From: Eledone cirrhosa
Taxonomy: Eukaryota
Direction: 5' to 3'
Length of the DNA: 64,000 bases
NCBI GenBank assembly: GCA_964016885.1
Contig: OZ024743.1
Span: 329,406,001 to 329,470,000, forward strand
Part shown: in pieces, positions 26,070-45,230 of the stretch
How positions within the stretch are numbered: position 1 is the first letter of the stretch
Layout: each line of letters opens with the position of its first letter
Notes under the pieces: model-generated
Told to the model about the DNA's origin: nothing
What the model saw: the letters and a program-made list of their open reading frames with translations, nothing else
Database searches by the model: none
Program-made: the position numbers and the translations under genes

Positions 26070-26394
26070 CATATAGTTTGTTATGCTTTTATTAGTGTCG
26101 GTCATTGGACTGCGGTGTCATGCATGGCAACCACCTCCGATGGTTTAGCCGATCATTTTTACTCCTGTATTTATTTTTCGGTCTGTAACTAATGGATCTT
26201 TATCCGTCGTAGCGCAAAGTTACGGGTCATAAAGTAATACTAAGAGAAACTAGACTGCAAGTATAAGCCTAAATATAGAGATACACACAAACACAAACAT
26301 CGCTTTCTCTCCTTCCCATATATATATGTATGTGTGTGTGGGGGTGGGGGTGCTAGAGAGAGAGAGAGAACAACCGATTTCCATAAGAAGAAGT

Positions 26395-26540
26395 GAAGGC
26401 ACATGGTTAATGGTTACAGCATTGGGCTTGCAATTGATAGGTTATGAGTTCAATTCTAGGACCGGGTGATGTGTTGTTTCCTTGAGCAAGACACTTTATT
26501 TCACGTTGCTCCAGTTTACTCAGCTGTAGAAATGAGATGA
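26395..26540 (+). mobile_element. tRNA-derived SINE, family B (degenerate copies also at ~51180, 56880-57015, 58870-58995, 59370-59450)
   Basis: GAGTTCAATTC B-box followed by CTTGAGCAAGACACTTTATTTCACGTTGCTCCAG. Confidence 0.65.
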
Positions 26541-27037
26541 TAGGACTGGTGTCCCTATCATTAAATCACCCAGGACACCTCCAACGAGATATACCTTGGA
26601 GGAGGCCAGATAAACCTGCATAGGTGTGAGCTGTAACAACAACACAACAACAACATACGAAGAAATGGGAAAATTTGAAACTTGAAATGTAGTAGTTCTA
26701 ATGCAACTGACTATAACAATAGGCAATCGCGTAAAAGTATGCCTGGAATCGACATAATGTGATCCACCCACATCTCTCATTCTCTCATGAGAAGTATCGT
26801 GATTGAATAGGCGTATAAAGGTGGATTCCCGGTGTACATCGGGAGGTGACCACAGTTAAAAAAGTTACTCAGTACGTTAGTAGAATATAGGCACATTTAT
26901 TTTATTATAGAAATGACTTCGACGGGACTAGAACTGTTTCATTCGTAAGAAATCATCAGGACTTTCTTGATAATTCCTACGAATGAAATAGTTCTTGTCC
27001 TGTAGAAGTCATTTCTATAATTTATATATAGATCCCG

Positions 27038-27388
27038 TTAAGCTATGCTTGAAGCGAAATCCTATTTCTTTTTTATTATAAGTTGAGCCAACTTATGCAG
27101 CTTCATATGCAAATGAGATTAATCACCTCATTTACACAGACGAAAAACGTATATTTTCTCAGCTGTCTTCTAGTCCAGCAGTCGCAAGTGGTGGGAGGGA
27201 CCGTCCTGACGAAGACCAGTTAAGCCTGAAATGCATAGACGGATGTCCCCCTTGCTTCTGCTGGACATCACCAGAGGGCGGTAGCCTTCCATGTTTGCAT
27301 AGCTACGGCTTCCTAAAACCGTATTTCCTTGGAGATACGAAATATTTATACATATTGTATAAAGCTATGCTTGAAGCGAAATCCTATT

Positions 27389-27394
<6 letters not shown>
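27038..27394 (+). mobile_element. HHR module with ~33-bp terminal direct repeat (~323-bp unit), ending in (TA)n
   Basis: AAGCTATGCTTGAAGCGAAATCCTATTTCTTTT at ~27039 and ~27362; central HHR. Confidence 0.7.
27201..27242 (+). ncRNA. Type I hammerhead ribozyme
   Basis: CCGTC-CTGACGA-AGAC(CAGTTAA)GCCT-GAAA-TGCA-TA^-GACGG; distal GGGA/TCCC extension of stem I; stem II has a mismatch. Confidence 0.75.
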
Positions 27395-27431
<37 letters not shown>

Positions 27432-27440
27432 TATATATAT

Positions 27441-28176
27441 ACTTAAAAAAGAAAATTTCGCTCTACATGGCTGAATACAATAAATGTAATCTGAGTTTTT
27501 CGAATATTAATAATAACATTCGATTCGTTTTCAATTTTGCAAACAAGCCTCAATTTTATAGGCTTGTCAGTAGAATGAACCCTTCATTCTTGCTCTTGTG
27601 TTAGCATGCGAACAGAACTGCAGACATTAATGTTTCTGGGTATCACCCTTCATCAGTAGAGCTCACTGTTCACCTACCAAACTGTCAGAGCTAGTGAATC
27701 GAATGTTATTATTAACATTCTAAAACCTCAGATTACATTTGTTGTATTCAGCCATGTAGAGCGAAATTTTCTTTTTTATTTTAATTTGGCAAAGCCGGAC
27801 ATTTGTCGCTCGTATACAGGAAACTGACTAGCCAGTCTGTTGATATGCAATCTGGCTGATCAGTGGATCTGCTAATATGCAGATCTGACTGATCAGCCAG
27901 TCTGCTAATATGCAAATCAGGCCGATCAGTCCCTGTGTATTTTTTAAAATAGCATATATTTTCACTAGCTGTGACAGTTTGGCAGGTAAACAGTGAGCTG
28001 TACTGATGAAGGGTGATATCCAGAAACATTAGTGTCTGCAGGTCTGTTCGCATGCCAACATAAGAGCAAGAATGAAGGGTTCATTCTACTGACATGGCTA
28101 TAAAATAGAGGCTTGTTTGCATAATTGCAAACGAATCGAATGTTATTATTAATATTCGAAAAACTCAGATTACATT

Positions 28177-28180
<4 letters not shown>
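27441..28180. mobile_element. (TA)n-flanked nested fold-back module with two HHRs
   Basis: 27480-27698 is inverted at 27961-28178, with a second inverted piece at 27696-27777. HHRs at 27618-27661 (-) and 27998-28041 (+). Confidence 0.75.
27998..28041 (+). ncRNA. Type I hammerhead ribozyme
   Basis: CTGTA-CTGATGA-AGGGTGATATCCA-GAAA-CATTAGTG-TC^-TGCAG. The mirror copy has palindromic ACATTAATGT. Confidence 0.7.
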
Positions 28181-28221
<41 letters not shown>

Positions 28222-28595
28222 CCTATTCAAACACGGTACTTCGTCTCTTCTTTGAAATCATCTCGGCATCGATTATTTATCAGCTCACTTATCATTGTAC
28301 AGATCAATAAAATAACAATCATAGAGATATTGGGCCGACTCGATTAATTATAGATTTTAAAGAAAGCGTAAAAACAAGAACTACACGATAGGGAAAACCT
28401 ATTTTTTAAATAAACCGATCAGCCGAAAATGTCAGAGCATTCCTTAATCTTATAGACGTCTTCTGTTATCGATTTTGGTTAGGTTGAAATAAATTTTATT
28501 GTGCGATTTGAATTCTATGATAACGGGCATGTGGTCAAGAAGTTGCTTTCCCAGCTACTTTGATCAACATAACAGCAATGGTGCTTCAGCATGTA

Positions 28596-29667
<1,072 letters not shown>

Positions 29668-32600
29668 AATTAAGTTAAAAATGTACATCCACATATGTAT
29701 ACTGAAATACTAGTATGCATATGAATACACACACGTGTACATATGTAGATGTACCGAGTTTTCACTGGTCACTTTACTGTGAGTGTCCAGCTATTCTGTA
29801 TGTAGACACACAGACAAACCGGTTCTTAGAGTCATACTGGTTTTTGAGGAAACACCTTTCCTCTATTCTCCAGAAAGCCAGACAAGGAATATTGGACTAG
29901 TTTCGATGTTGTTACATCTCATCAGCAATATTTACCTATCTTCCGGCTTCTCTAGAGAATCGTGAAAGCACATATCGTTATATGCTTTTTCTATGAAAAT
30001 TAGTAGTGGGCAGACCAATTTGCATAGAGCGTGAGTACGTACCGGTTCAACGGAGACGATAAAAACAAATAACGAAACGAAATTAAATTTCGTTTCGTTT
30101 GTAACTCACTTTTGTATGACTGACGCTTAAACAATTAAGTTAAAAATGTACATCCACATATGTATACTGAAATACTAGTATGCATATGAATACACACACG
30201 TGTACATATGTAGATGTACCGAGTTTTCACTGGTCACTTTACTGTGAGTGTCCAGCTATTCTGTATGTAGACACACAGACAAACCGGTTCTTAGAGTCAT
30301 ACTGGTTTTTGAGGAAACACCTTTCCTCTATTCTCCAGAAAGCCAGACAAGGAATATTGGACTAGTTTCGATGTTGTTACATCTCATCAGCAATATTTAC
30401 CTATCTTCCGGCTTCTCTAGAGAATCGTGAAAGCACATATCGTTATATGCTTTTTCTATGAAAATTAGTAGTGGGCAGACCAATTTGCATAGAGCGTGAG
30501 TACGTACCGGTTCAACGGAGACGATAAAAACAAATAACGAAACGAAATTAAATTTCGTTTCGTTTGTAACTCACTTTTGTATGACTGACGCTTAAACAAT
30601 TAAGTTAAAAATGTACATCCACATATGTATACTGAAATACTAGTATGCATATGAATACACACACGTGTACATATGTAGATGTACCGAGTTTTCACTGGTC
30701 ACTTTACTGTGAGTGTCCAGCTATTCTGTATGTAGACACACAGACAAACCGGTTCTTAGAGTCATACTGGTTTTTGAGGAAACACCTTTCCTCTATTCTC
30801 CAGAAAGCCAGACAAGGAATATTGGACTAGTTTCGATGTTGTTACATCTCATCAGCAATATTTACCTATCTTCCGGCTTCTCTAGAGAATCGTGAAAGCA
30901 CATATCGTTATATGCTTTTTCTATGAAAATTAGTAGTGGGCAGACCAATTTGCATAGAGCGTGAGTACGTACCGGTTCAACGGAGACGATAAAAACAAAT
31001 AACGAAACGAAATTAAATTTCGTTTCGTTTGTAACTCACTTTTGTATGACTGACGCTTAAACAATTAAGTTAAAAATGTACATCCACATATGTATACTGA
31101 AATACTAGTATGCATATGAATACACACACGTGTACATATGTAGATGTACCGAGTTTTCACTGGTCACTTTACTGTGAGTGTCCAGCTATTCTGTATGTAG
31201 ACACACAGACAAACCGGTTCTTAGAGTCATACTGGTTTTTGAGGAAACACCTTTCCTCTATTCTCCAGAAAGCCAGACAAGGAATATTGGACTAGTTTCG
31301 ATGTTGTTACATCTCATCAGCAATATTTACCTATCTTCCGGCTTCTCTAGAGAATCGTGAAAGCACATATCGTTATATGCTTTTTCTATGAAAATTAGTA
31401 GTGGGCAGACCAATTTGCATAGAGCGTGAGTACGTACCGGTTCAACGGAGACGATAAAAACAAATAACGAAACGAAATTAAATTTCGTTTCGTTTGTAAC
31501 TCACTTTTGTATGACTGACGCTTAAACAATTAAGTTAAAAATGTACATCCACATATGTATACTGAAATACTAGTATGCATATGAATACACACACGTGTAC
31601 ATATGTAGATGTACCGAGTTTTCACTGGTCACTTTACTGTGAGTGTCCAGCTATTCTGTATGTAGACACACAGACAAACCGGTTCTTAGAGTCATACTGG
31701 TTTTTGAGGAAACACCTTTCCTCTATTCTCCAGAAAGCCAGACAAGGAATATTGGACTAGTTTCGATGTTGTTACATCTCATCAGCAATATTTACCTATC
31801 TTCCGGCTTCTCTAGAGAATCGTGAAAGCACATATCGTTATATGCTTTTTCTATGAAAATTAGTAGTGGGCAGACCAATTTGCATAGAGCGTGAGTACGT
31901 ACCGGTTCAACGGAGACGATAAAAACAAATAACGAAACGAAATTAAATTTCGTTTCGTTTGTAACTCACTTTTGTATGACTGACGCTTAAACAATTAAGT
32001 TAAAAATGTACATCCACATATGTATACTGAAATACTAGTATGCATATGAATACACACACGTGTACATATGTAGATGTACCGAGTTTTCACTGGTCACTTT
32101 ACTGTGAGTGTCCAGCTATTCTGTATGTAGACACACAGACAAACCGGTTCTTAGAGTCATACTGGTTTTTGAGGAAACACCTTTCCTCTATTCTCCAGAA
32201 AGCCAGACAAGGAATATTGGACTAGTTTCGATGTTGTTACATCTCATCAGCAATATTTACCTATCTTCCGGCTTCTCTAGAGAATCGTGAAAGCACATAT
32301 CGTTATATGCTTTTTCTATGAAAATTAGTAGTGGGCAGACCAATTTGCATAGAGCGTGAGTACGTACCGGTTCAACGGAGACGATAAAAACAAATAACGA
32401 AACGAAATTAAATTTCGTTTCGTTTGTAACTCACTTTTGTATGACTGACGCTTAAACAATTAAGTTAAAAATGTACATCCACATATGTATACTGAAATAC
32501 TAGTATGCATATGAATACACACACGTGTACATATGTAGATGTACCGAGTTTTCACTGGTCACTTTACTGTGAGTGTCCAGCTATTCTGTATGTAGACACA

Positions 32601-33090
32601 CAGACAAACCGGTTCTTAGAGTCATACTGGTTTTTGAGGAAACACCTTTCCTCTATTCTCCAGAAAGCCAGACAAGGAATATTGGACTAGTTTCGATGTT
32701 GTTACATCTCATCAGCAATATTTACCTATCTTCCGGCTTCTCTAGAGAATCGTGAAAGCACATATCGTTATATGCTTTTTCTATGAAAATTAGTAGTGGG
32801 CAGACCAATTTGCATAGAGCGTGAGTACGTACCGGTTCAACGGAGACGATAAAAACAAATAACGAAACGAAATTAAATTTCGTTTCGTTTGTAACTCACT
32901 TTTGTATGACTGACGCTTAAACAATTAAGTTAAAAATGTACATCCACATATGTATACTGAAATACTAGTATGCATATGAATACACACACGTGTACATATG
33001 TAGATGTACCGAGTTTTCACTGGTCACTTTACTGTGAGTGTCCAGCTATTCTGTATGTAGACACACAGACAAACCGGTTCTTAGAGTCAT
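29668..33090 (-). repeat. 465-bp hammerhead-containing tandem array, left arm (~7.4 units, 7 HHRs on the minus strand); retrozyme/Penelope pLTR-like
   Basis: Exact 465-bp period (ORF track repeats at 29715, 30180, 30645 ...). Starts directly after a ~1 kb (TA)n tract. Reverse-complement HHR at 29888-29932 +465n. Confidence 0.92.
29888..29932 (-). ncRNA. Minimal type I hammerhead ribozyme (representative of 7 minus-strand copies at 29888+465n)
   Basis: Exact reverse complement of the 33295-33339 motif. Confidence 0.9.
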
Positions 33091-38176
<5,086 letters not shown>

Positions 38177-38220
38177 TTTTTTCTTCTTTGATCCGTCAAA
38201 GTGACATGATTGAAAAAAAG

Positions 38221-38411
38221 TGATGGACTGGCAGTATCGGTAGAGGGTCAGACGCCATGCTTTGCACCAAAGAGTTACGGCCCTTTATGGTCTGAGTTCA
38301 AATCTCACCGAGGTTAACTTTGCCTTTCATCCTTACGGGGTCGATAAAATAAAGTACCAGTTACACACTGGGATAATTGCTGGCCTTGTGCCAAAAGTAT
38401 AAACAATTATT
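38221..38411 (+). mobile_element. tRNA-derived SINE, family A (full length)
   Basis: A-box-like TGGCAGTATCGG, B-box GAGTTCAAATCT, and family 3' tail. Confidence 0.8.
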
Positions 38412-38648
38412 GAAAAAAGGAGAACAATTATTTTAAAAGGAGTTTTATAAAGTATACTAAAGTATTTCCGGTTTTGATGTAATCCATCTTACCAAATTAC
38501 AATTACAAACAATTAAAAAAGAATTAAAAATTAAAAATCAAGTGTTGAAGAATGTCTCTTTATCTTTCGTCCTGCTGTTTCCAGTCTTACTTTTCTTCTA
38601 TAATCTGTTTTGTATAGAACCACACTCCATTTTCATATATATATATAT

Positions 38649-39445
38649 AAACGGAAAAAATGAAACGAAATTTCATTTCCCACTCTTAGTACGGCTGTTA
38701 CTGAAATATAAGTATGTACACGTACATACATATATGTATACAGACGTACAGTAGTATGTATATATATATACATACATGCACACATATATATATATATGTA
38801 CGTATGGATTCACCGAACATTTATTATAATGCTCGGTGTGTTTGTAAACAAACATCCCGTATTAAGCCATAGTGTCTAGCAACCATCGTTGCTCGTTTGT
38901 TCAACACTGACAAAGGAACGCTGTACTAGTTTCAAGCTTATTAGCTATCGTCAGCAACGTATACCTTCCTGCCAGATGGTTGAACGTCTGAAAGTATTTA
39001 CTTTCCTTATGCATATTAACGACTGAGCAGCCTAATTTGCATATCGAGTGGGTTAATCGGCCGGGTGCACAGAAAACGATAAACGGAAAAAATGAAACGA
39101 AATGAAACGAATGCAAATTAGGCTGCTCAGCCGTTAATATGCATAAGGAAAGTATATACTTTCAGACGTTCAATCAACTGCCAGGAAGGTATACGTTGCT
39201 GACGATAGCTAATAAGCTTGAAACTAGTACAGCGTTCCTTTGTCAGTGTTGAACAAACGAGCAACGATTGTTACTAGACACTACGGCTTAATACGGGATG
39301 TTTGTTTACAAACACACCGAGCATTATAATAAATGTTCGGTGAATCCATACGTACATATATATATGTGTGCATGTATGTATGTATATATGCATACTACTG
39401 TACGTCTGTATACATATATGTATGTACGTATACATACTTATATAT
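38649..39445. mobile_element. Diverged sibling of the 465-bp unit: ~432-bp unit with terminal redundancy plus an inverted second piece
   Basis: AAACGGAAAAAATGAAACGAAAT at 38649 and ~39081. The piece ~39110-39445 is inverted. HHRs at 38919-38959 (-) and 39194-39234 (+). Shares AATTTGCATA, GATAAA and TACTGAAATA blocks with the 465-bp unit. Confidence 0.8.
39194..39234 (+). ncRNA. Type I hammerhead ribozyme
   Basis: CGTTG-CTGACGA-TAGCT(AATA)AGCTT-GAAA-CTAG-TA^-CAGCG. Confidence 0.8.
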
Positions 39446-39515
39446 ATATATATAATGTCTGTGTATGTATAAATATTTATATATACATACACACACACAC
39501 ACACACACACATATG

Positions 39516-39557
<42 letters not shown>

Positions 39558-39607
39558 CATATATATATGTATATATATATGTATATATATATATATGTAT
39601 ATATATG

Positions 39608-39671
<64 letters not shown>

Positions 39672-39937
39672 TATATGTATATATATATACGCATATATAT
39701 GTATATATATATACACATATATATGTATATTGCTGTGGAAAAATGTGTGGAGATGATCAGTGAGAGTGGGGTGGAGTTCTGCGACGTCGACACAGATGAA
39801 TTGGGCCTCCTACTTAGACTTACCTATGACACCAAGTACCTAGATAACCATAACCTTAGCCGTTTCTGCCCCAGTAGACCCACAAGAAGTAGACACCCCG
39901 CCATAACCTCAATGGCAAAAAAGACTCCCATGGGAAG

Positions 39938-40255
39938 GTGGTTTGGGTGGACCAAAGCCATACGGACCCCCAAAACAATGATCAGGTAAGAAAAATGGTC
40001 GCGCATGCAATAGGGGCTAGTATCAAAACTACCCTGAAGGGCCATATATTCAAATTCAACGAAAAGATCTACACCCAAAATGAGGGGGCAGCCATTGGCG
40101 TCAGCATAGCTGGTGACGTTACCAACCTTTTTATGGTGTGGTGGGAAAGGAGACTCAAAGATCTCCTTGGTGAGAGCTCCATAGACCTCTTCATGTACTC
40201 TCGTTACGTAGACGATATTAATATAGTAATAACACTTCTAAGTTTAATATTCTGA
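39938..40255 (+). pseudogene. Penelope-type reverse transcriptase fragment
   Basis: Q..G.AIG and RYVDD motifs; truncated soon after the catalytic motif. Confidence 0.85.
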
Positions 40256-40545
40256 TCGCAGACTTGGTACGAGTGATGAAGAACGTGTCCCGCATGGGCG
40301 ACCCAACAGAAATGGAAAGACACATCCAACACTTCATCAACCGCATGCAGTTCTCTGGCTACAACCAAAGAGACAGAATCAGAGTATACAAAGGAGCCAC
40401 GAAGAAGTATAAGGGCCTCATAGAACTGGACATGAAAGGAATTTGCCCATTATACAGGAGAAAATCATGGAATAGCTTAGATAGAACTAAACATAAGATA
40501 GGGAAAGCCACCTCATGGTATGACAACTAAAGATACCAGAGTGTC

Positions 40546-41040
40546 ATGTTCGTAGACGCTACCCCTGGAGGTAAATTAGCTAACCAGTGTAGAAAGGCCC
40601 TGAGAAAGACCCACTTAAATATTAAAGTGGTAGAAAAGCCAGGAACTACCATAAAATCCCTGATCAGCAAAATATACCCTTTTATGAAAACCCACTGTAC
40701 TAATAGGAAATGTGTTATATGTAAAGTAAACCCCCAGATAAGCTGTAAAACTAGAAACGTAGTCTATGGCATAAGATGTACAGAGGGTACTTGCAGAAAC
40801 ATGACAACAACATACATAGGCGAAACAGCTCGAAGCATAGGTGAAAGGATAGACCAACACTGGGGGAAACTAAAAGGATGAAAAAACAGTTCAGTACTAT
40901 ACGAACATGCCAGACAACAACATGACGGTAACATAGACAACATAGAAATTAAAATAATATCTAAACATAGAAATGACCCAGCAGATAGGCAAGTGAAATA
41001 GAACTTAGAAGGCCAAAGCTAAACAGAAAAAAATGAATGG
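40546..41040 (+). pseudogene. GIY-YIG endonuclease fragment of a Penelope-like element
   Basis: VVY..C..C...YIGET.R...R...H, with in-frame stop at 40879-40881. Confidence 0.85.
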
Positions 41041-41315
41041 AATAACAACAACACTCAAACAAACAATACTGACTTAAGAGAAATATAAATAAATAAATAA
41101 ATAAATATATACACAAGCACAATAACAACAAACACATATAAACACACACAAGTAAACTAAGATAGAATACAGTAACCAAATCACAGTCACCCAAAGGCAC
41201 ACCAAATACTATACACACACGCAAATGCATGCGCAGAGAAGAAGACAAAAATAAATAAATAAACAGATAAAATAAAAATGGCGTAGACATACAATACAAC
41301 AGGAGGAACATAATA

Positions 41316-41361
41316 CTACCACTGATGATGTTGCAAATGTGCAACGAAAGAACTTTGTTAG
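41316..41361 (+). ncRNA. Hammerhead ribozyme in PLE 3' UTR (one stem I mismatch)
   Basis: CTACCA-CTGATGA-T-GTTGCA(AATG)TGCAAC-GAAA-GAAC-TT-TGTTAG. Confidence 0.65.
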
Positions 41362-41580
41362 ACTATATATATGTTTTTATATCTATATTATATCTGTATT
41401 TTTGACCGTTGGTCAGTCAATGATAAACATTGAGGACCGAATGAATTAACTGTGGAGATATAAAAGACACAGACGCGAAAACTAACCAAACAGTGAATGT
41501 GTTCTGTTATTAATTCTGGCAATATTATTACAACAATATGACCCTCCCCAAGTATAACAATATTTATATATACACACATA

Positions 41581-41662
<82 letters not shown>

Positions 41663-41722
41663 CATATATATATATTATATATATATACTCACACATCGAT
41701 ATATAGATAAATAAATGTATAT

Positions 41723-41774
<52 letters not shown>

Positions 41775-41957
41775 TTAAAGGACACAAGAAACGAACAAAG
41801 ACGAGGATGTATTCAGATAAAGTTTGTATTAGTTACCCACTCATATATATAATGTGTATACTAATGAACACGGAGAGTAGATATTATTACAAGGTAGGTG
41901 TACCATCGCCATTGAAATGGATTACACTTAACACTATAGCATTTATATCTTATGGTA

Positions 41958-42006
<49 letters not shown>

Positions 42007-44891
42007 TCTCTCCCTCTCTCTATCTCTCTCTCACACGCACACACTCACATACACACACCCACACACACATAAATATATATGTAATAAATTGAGGTTTTGG
42101 CATAAGTTTAATGTTAAATTACTACTATAAGTGGTATTTTATTTGTATACTTTATCCATTCCATTAAGATGTCTAAGTATTAGTGACAAATAACGTTTTA
42201 ATACACACACATATATATATATAACTGATATATATGTATGCATATATATATATACATACATATATATCAGTTATATACATATATATTAGTATATACATAT
42301 ATATTAGCTAACTAACTATACACTTGCAACAAGGAACAATTGCAACACATTTATACAGTAAAAGGAAAGAGATTAGACAGAGTAATATTAGTCGATAATA
42401 AAACAATACTTTATTGAAAACCCCCTCCTCCCACCGCATATCCCCGTCGCCCACGCATAAGGAAAGTAATCATTGAATGTTTACTGTTCAAAATATAAAC
42501 TATGTATTGACACATAGTTACTGCATAAAATAAATAAACTATAACAACTGCCGCGCATCAACAGTTGAATTACATTTAAATTAGGCGTTTTTCGTTTTAC
42601 TCTTAATCGCAGGTCCATTGCGACCGATGCAAACCATGCGAACAATACACCACTCATGTTGCAAACTCATATTCTGATGACGGGGCTGAAGAAGTTACGA
42701 AACCTTAATAGATTTGTAGATCTAGGATCATACTATTCTAAAAGCAAACATAAAGAATTTATAAATAACGTACGAGATATCTAATTTAAGCACAGTCGTA
42801 TTTTCGTGTTTTTAATAGACACACACACACACGTTGGCGACTAAACTGGCAACCCCACCAAGGTTTCTTGGTGAGGAGGGTGACTTTGGACATCCTGCAG
42901 GACTAAAAACAAAACCTGTCAAAGGGCAAAGGAGCTCTTAAGAGTCAATGGCCATCCAAAATCACCGGGAGAGATGACCCCTTAGCCTTTGTCAAGGCAG
43001 AATTCTAGGAGAAGGAAAACTCTGATATAACACCTGCAACCCTGATGGTATCCAATGATGTTGACTTGTTCTTCTTTTTGGTAAATATCATCTTGGTTAA
43101 GAGAGTGGGACTGGCTTTGGGCAGTGCCTTTGCTCACTATAAAAGCTTCACGGCACAGGCGTTGTTTTGTATCTGGAGATCTCTCTGCACTTGTCGTCAC
43201 ATGGTATCATGGGCCCAGCACTATGTGTCAATAATTGTCACAAGTGTAGTGTTTCTACCAGAGTTTTCAAGTCGCTGGCTGGACTAAAAAGTCACACTCG
43301 TTCAGCTCATCGGTAGGGGTTCTCCTACATGGATATAAAGTAGTGACCGTACTCGAAAACGAGTTGGCAGCCACCATGTATGTATATATGTATTCTGTAA
43401 GTGTTTAACTGTGAAAGTGTTTATATATATATATAACGAAGGAAATGTGGTAAGGAACCAGATGGACAATAACGCACCAAAGTAATCAATACTTAGGGTA
43501 GTAGAGTGGGAAATAGGAACAAGTATGTCCCCGACGGCAGAGCTCAAGCCGTTTCGACGGCTAATTCTGGACAAAATTAGCCGTCGAAACGGCTTGAACT
43601 CTGCCGTCGGGGTCATACTTGTTCCTATATATATATATATGTAAATGTAAATGTGTGTGTGTGTGTGTGTGTGACACGGAAGTTCGAAAACGGTTTGAGA
43701 TCGTCTTAACGAAGACAATACATAAATGTTTGTTATGGGGGTAGAGCGGCGTGAGTGGCGGCGATGATGCTGGTGATGGTTGTGGTGGTGTTGGGGGGTT
43801 GTGATGGTGGCGGCAGTGGAGCGTGTGGATTAGGGGTGTTGTGGCGACAATGTAGGTGGTAAGGGCTCTGTTTGTGTAGGTGGTGTTGGTGGGAGTTGTG
43901 ATAGTGGGGGTAGTGCTAATGGTGAAGGGTGTGGTGGTGATAGAGGTGAAACCAATGGTGGTGGCTATTATCTCATGGCAGACATATGGTTTTCTTTAGA
44001 CTTGACAAAATATATGTGGGTAACCCAATACTTCCTCCTTAGCAGCGTATTTCCCCTCACGCGACCATACCCCTTCCTACTTTTATAACCAGCATGCCAG
44101 AACAGTGGTACGGCTTGTTACATACCTATATATATATATTTATATACACTTATCCATAAGTATATTTGTATACATAAACACACAAATACGTACACACACA
44201 TACACACACACACACACGCACACGCATACACCCACATGCACACACACACACACACACACACGTATATATATATATGTGTGCGTGTTTTGTGATTATATAT
44301 ATGTATATTATGTATAGTAAGTAATGTATATATCCTTACATATGTTCGTAGATACGTTTGTACATACACACACATATACACTCATACAAAAGCGCAGACA
44401 TCTCTGTTAATGAACGGCACACAAAGACCTGGTCAGCCATCCTCACTCACCATCACTCGAACTAAAATCACAACGGCTGTCTCTCTGATGTTATAAATCA
44501 TTTTAAAGGAATATTCCAAGGAGACAATCTGTTTAGGTTTCTGTTTATTTTGGCACTCAATCCGCCTGTTATTTCCTTTCTACAAAACCCTATGGTCATA
44601 GACGACCATTTACAACAGCGAGAAACTACAATGTAGCCCATAATTTCTACGATAACCATCTTAAGATCAAGACTGGAAATATTTACAATATTTAAAAACA
44701 GCTGGAGTTAGTAATCACAATACAAGGTTGATACACGGGTGGAATTTGGCCTACAGAAATGTTTATATTTGTTATTTGAACGTGGGAAAAACAATTTCCA
44801 CACGACCCTCCTGCCTCAGATGATATCACATCGTAGTAGAGTGATTCTTGCTAGACAAAACACACACAGAATCTGTTAAATTCACTGTAGA

Positions 44892-45230
44892 TACTCTCGG
44901 GCCATAAATAATAGGTGGTGGTGGAATAAGCGAGAGGGAGGGGGTGTCGGTAATTTTTCGAGGCTGATTTTTTTTAAAACCAGAATTAGTCGTTTAGTTT
45001 ACATATTTAAACCCCAACTTAACTTATATATTTTATAACGTATGGGATTTTTAGTAATGTACTTTTTTTGTAATGTGTAATACTTTTTAATGTGTAAAGA
45101 AAATTTATTGTCGCAGGAATGCTACAACTTAAAATAAAATTTCGCCGGAGATAGATTAGCAGCATTTAATAAGCGGGAGTGAGTGGTGGAAGAGGAATGG
45201 AGTGGGACGATTATTCGAGACCCGTTAGTA
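44892..45230. mobile_element. MITE with ~20-bp TIRs and TA ends (Tc1/mariner-like); copies at 53027-53332 and 54273-54657
   Basis: TACTCTCGGG(T)CC(C)AAATAAT ... ATTATT(T/C)GAGACCCG..AGTA with a shared internal sequence. Confidence 0.6.

Larger units (their letters stand above)
39730..41565 (+). mobile_element. 5'-truncated, degraded Penelope-like retroelement (RT + Cys-rich linker + GIY-YIG, Neptune-like), inserted in (TA)n
   Basis: RT motifs FKFNEKIYTQNEGAAIG and YSRYVDDI; linker CTNRKCVIC; GIY-YIG NVVYGIRC...YIGETARSIGERIDQH. Stops and frameshifts present; HHR in the 3' UTR. Confidence 0.88.

Noticed and set aside
38221-38411. tRNA gene calls from A/B-box motifs
   Set aside because: The boxes belong to multi-copy SINE heads and no cloverleaf can be formed.
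42669-42700. TATT-CTGATGA-...-GAAA-CC-TT-AATA possible hammerhead
   Set aside because: Stems II and III do not pair convincingly; at best a decayed copy, so not counted.
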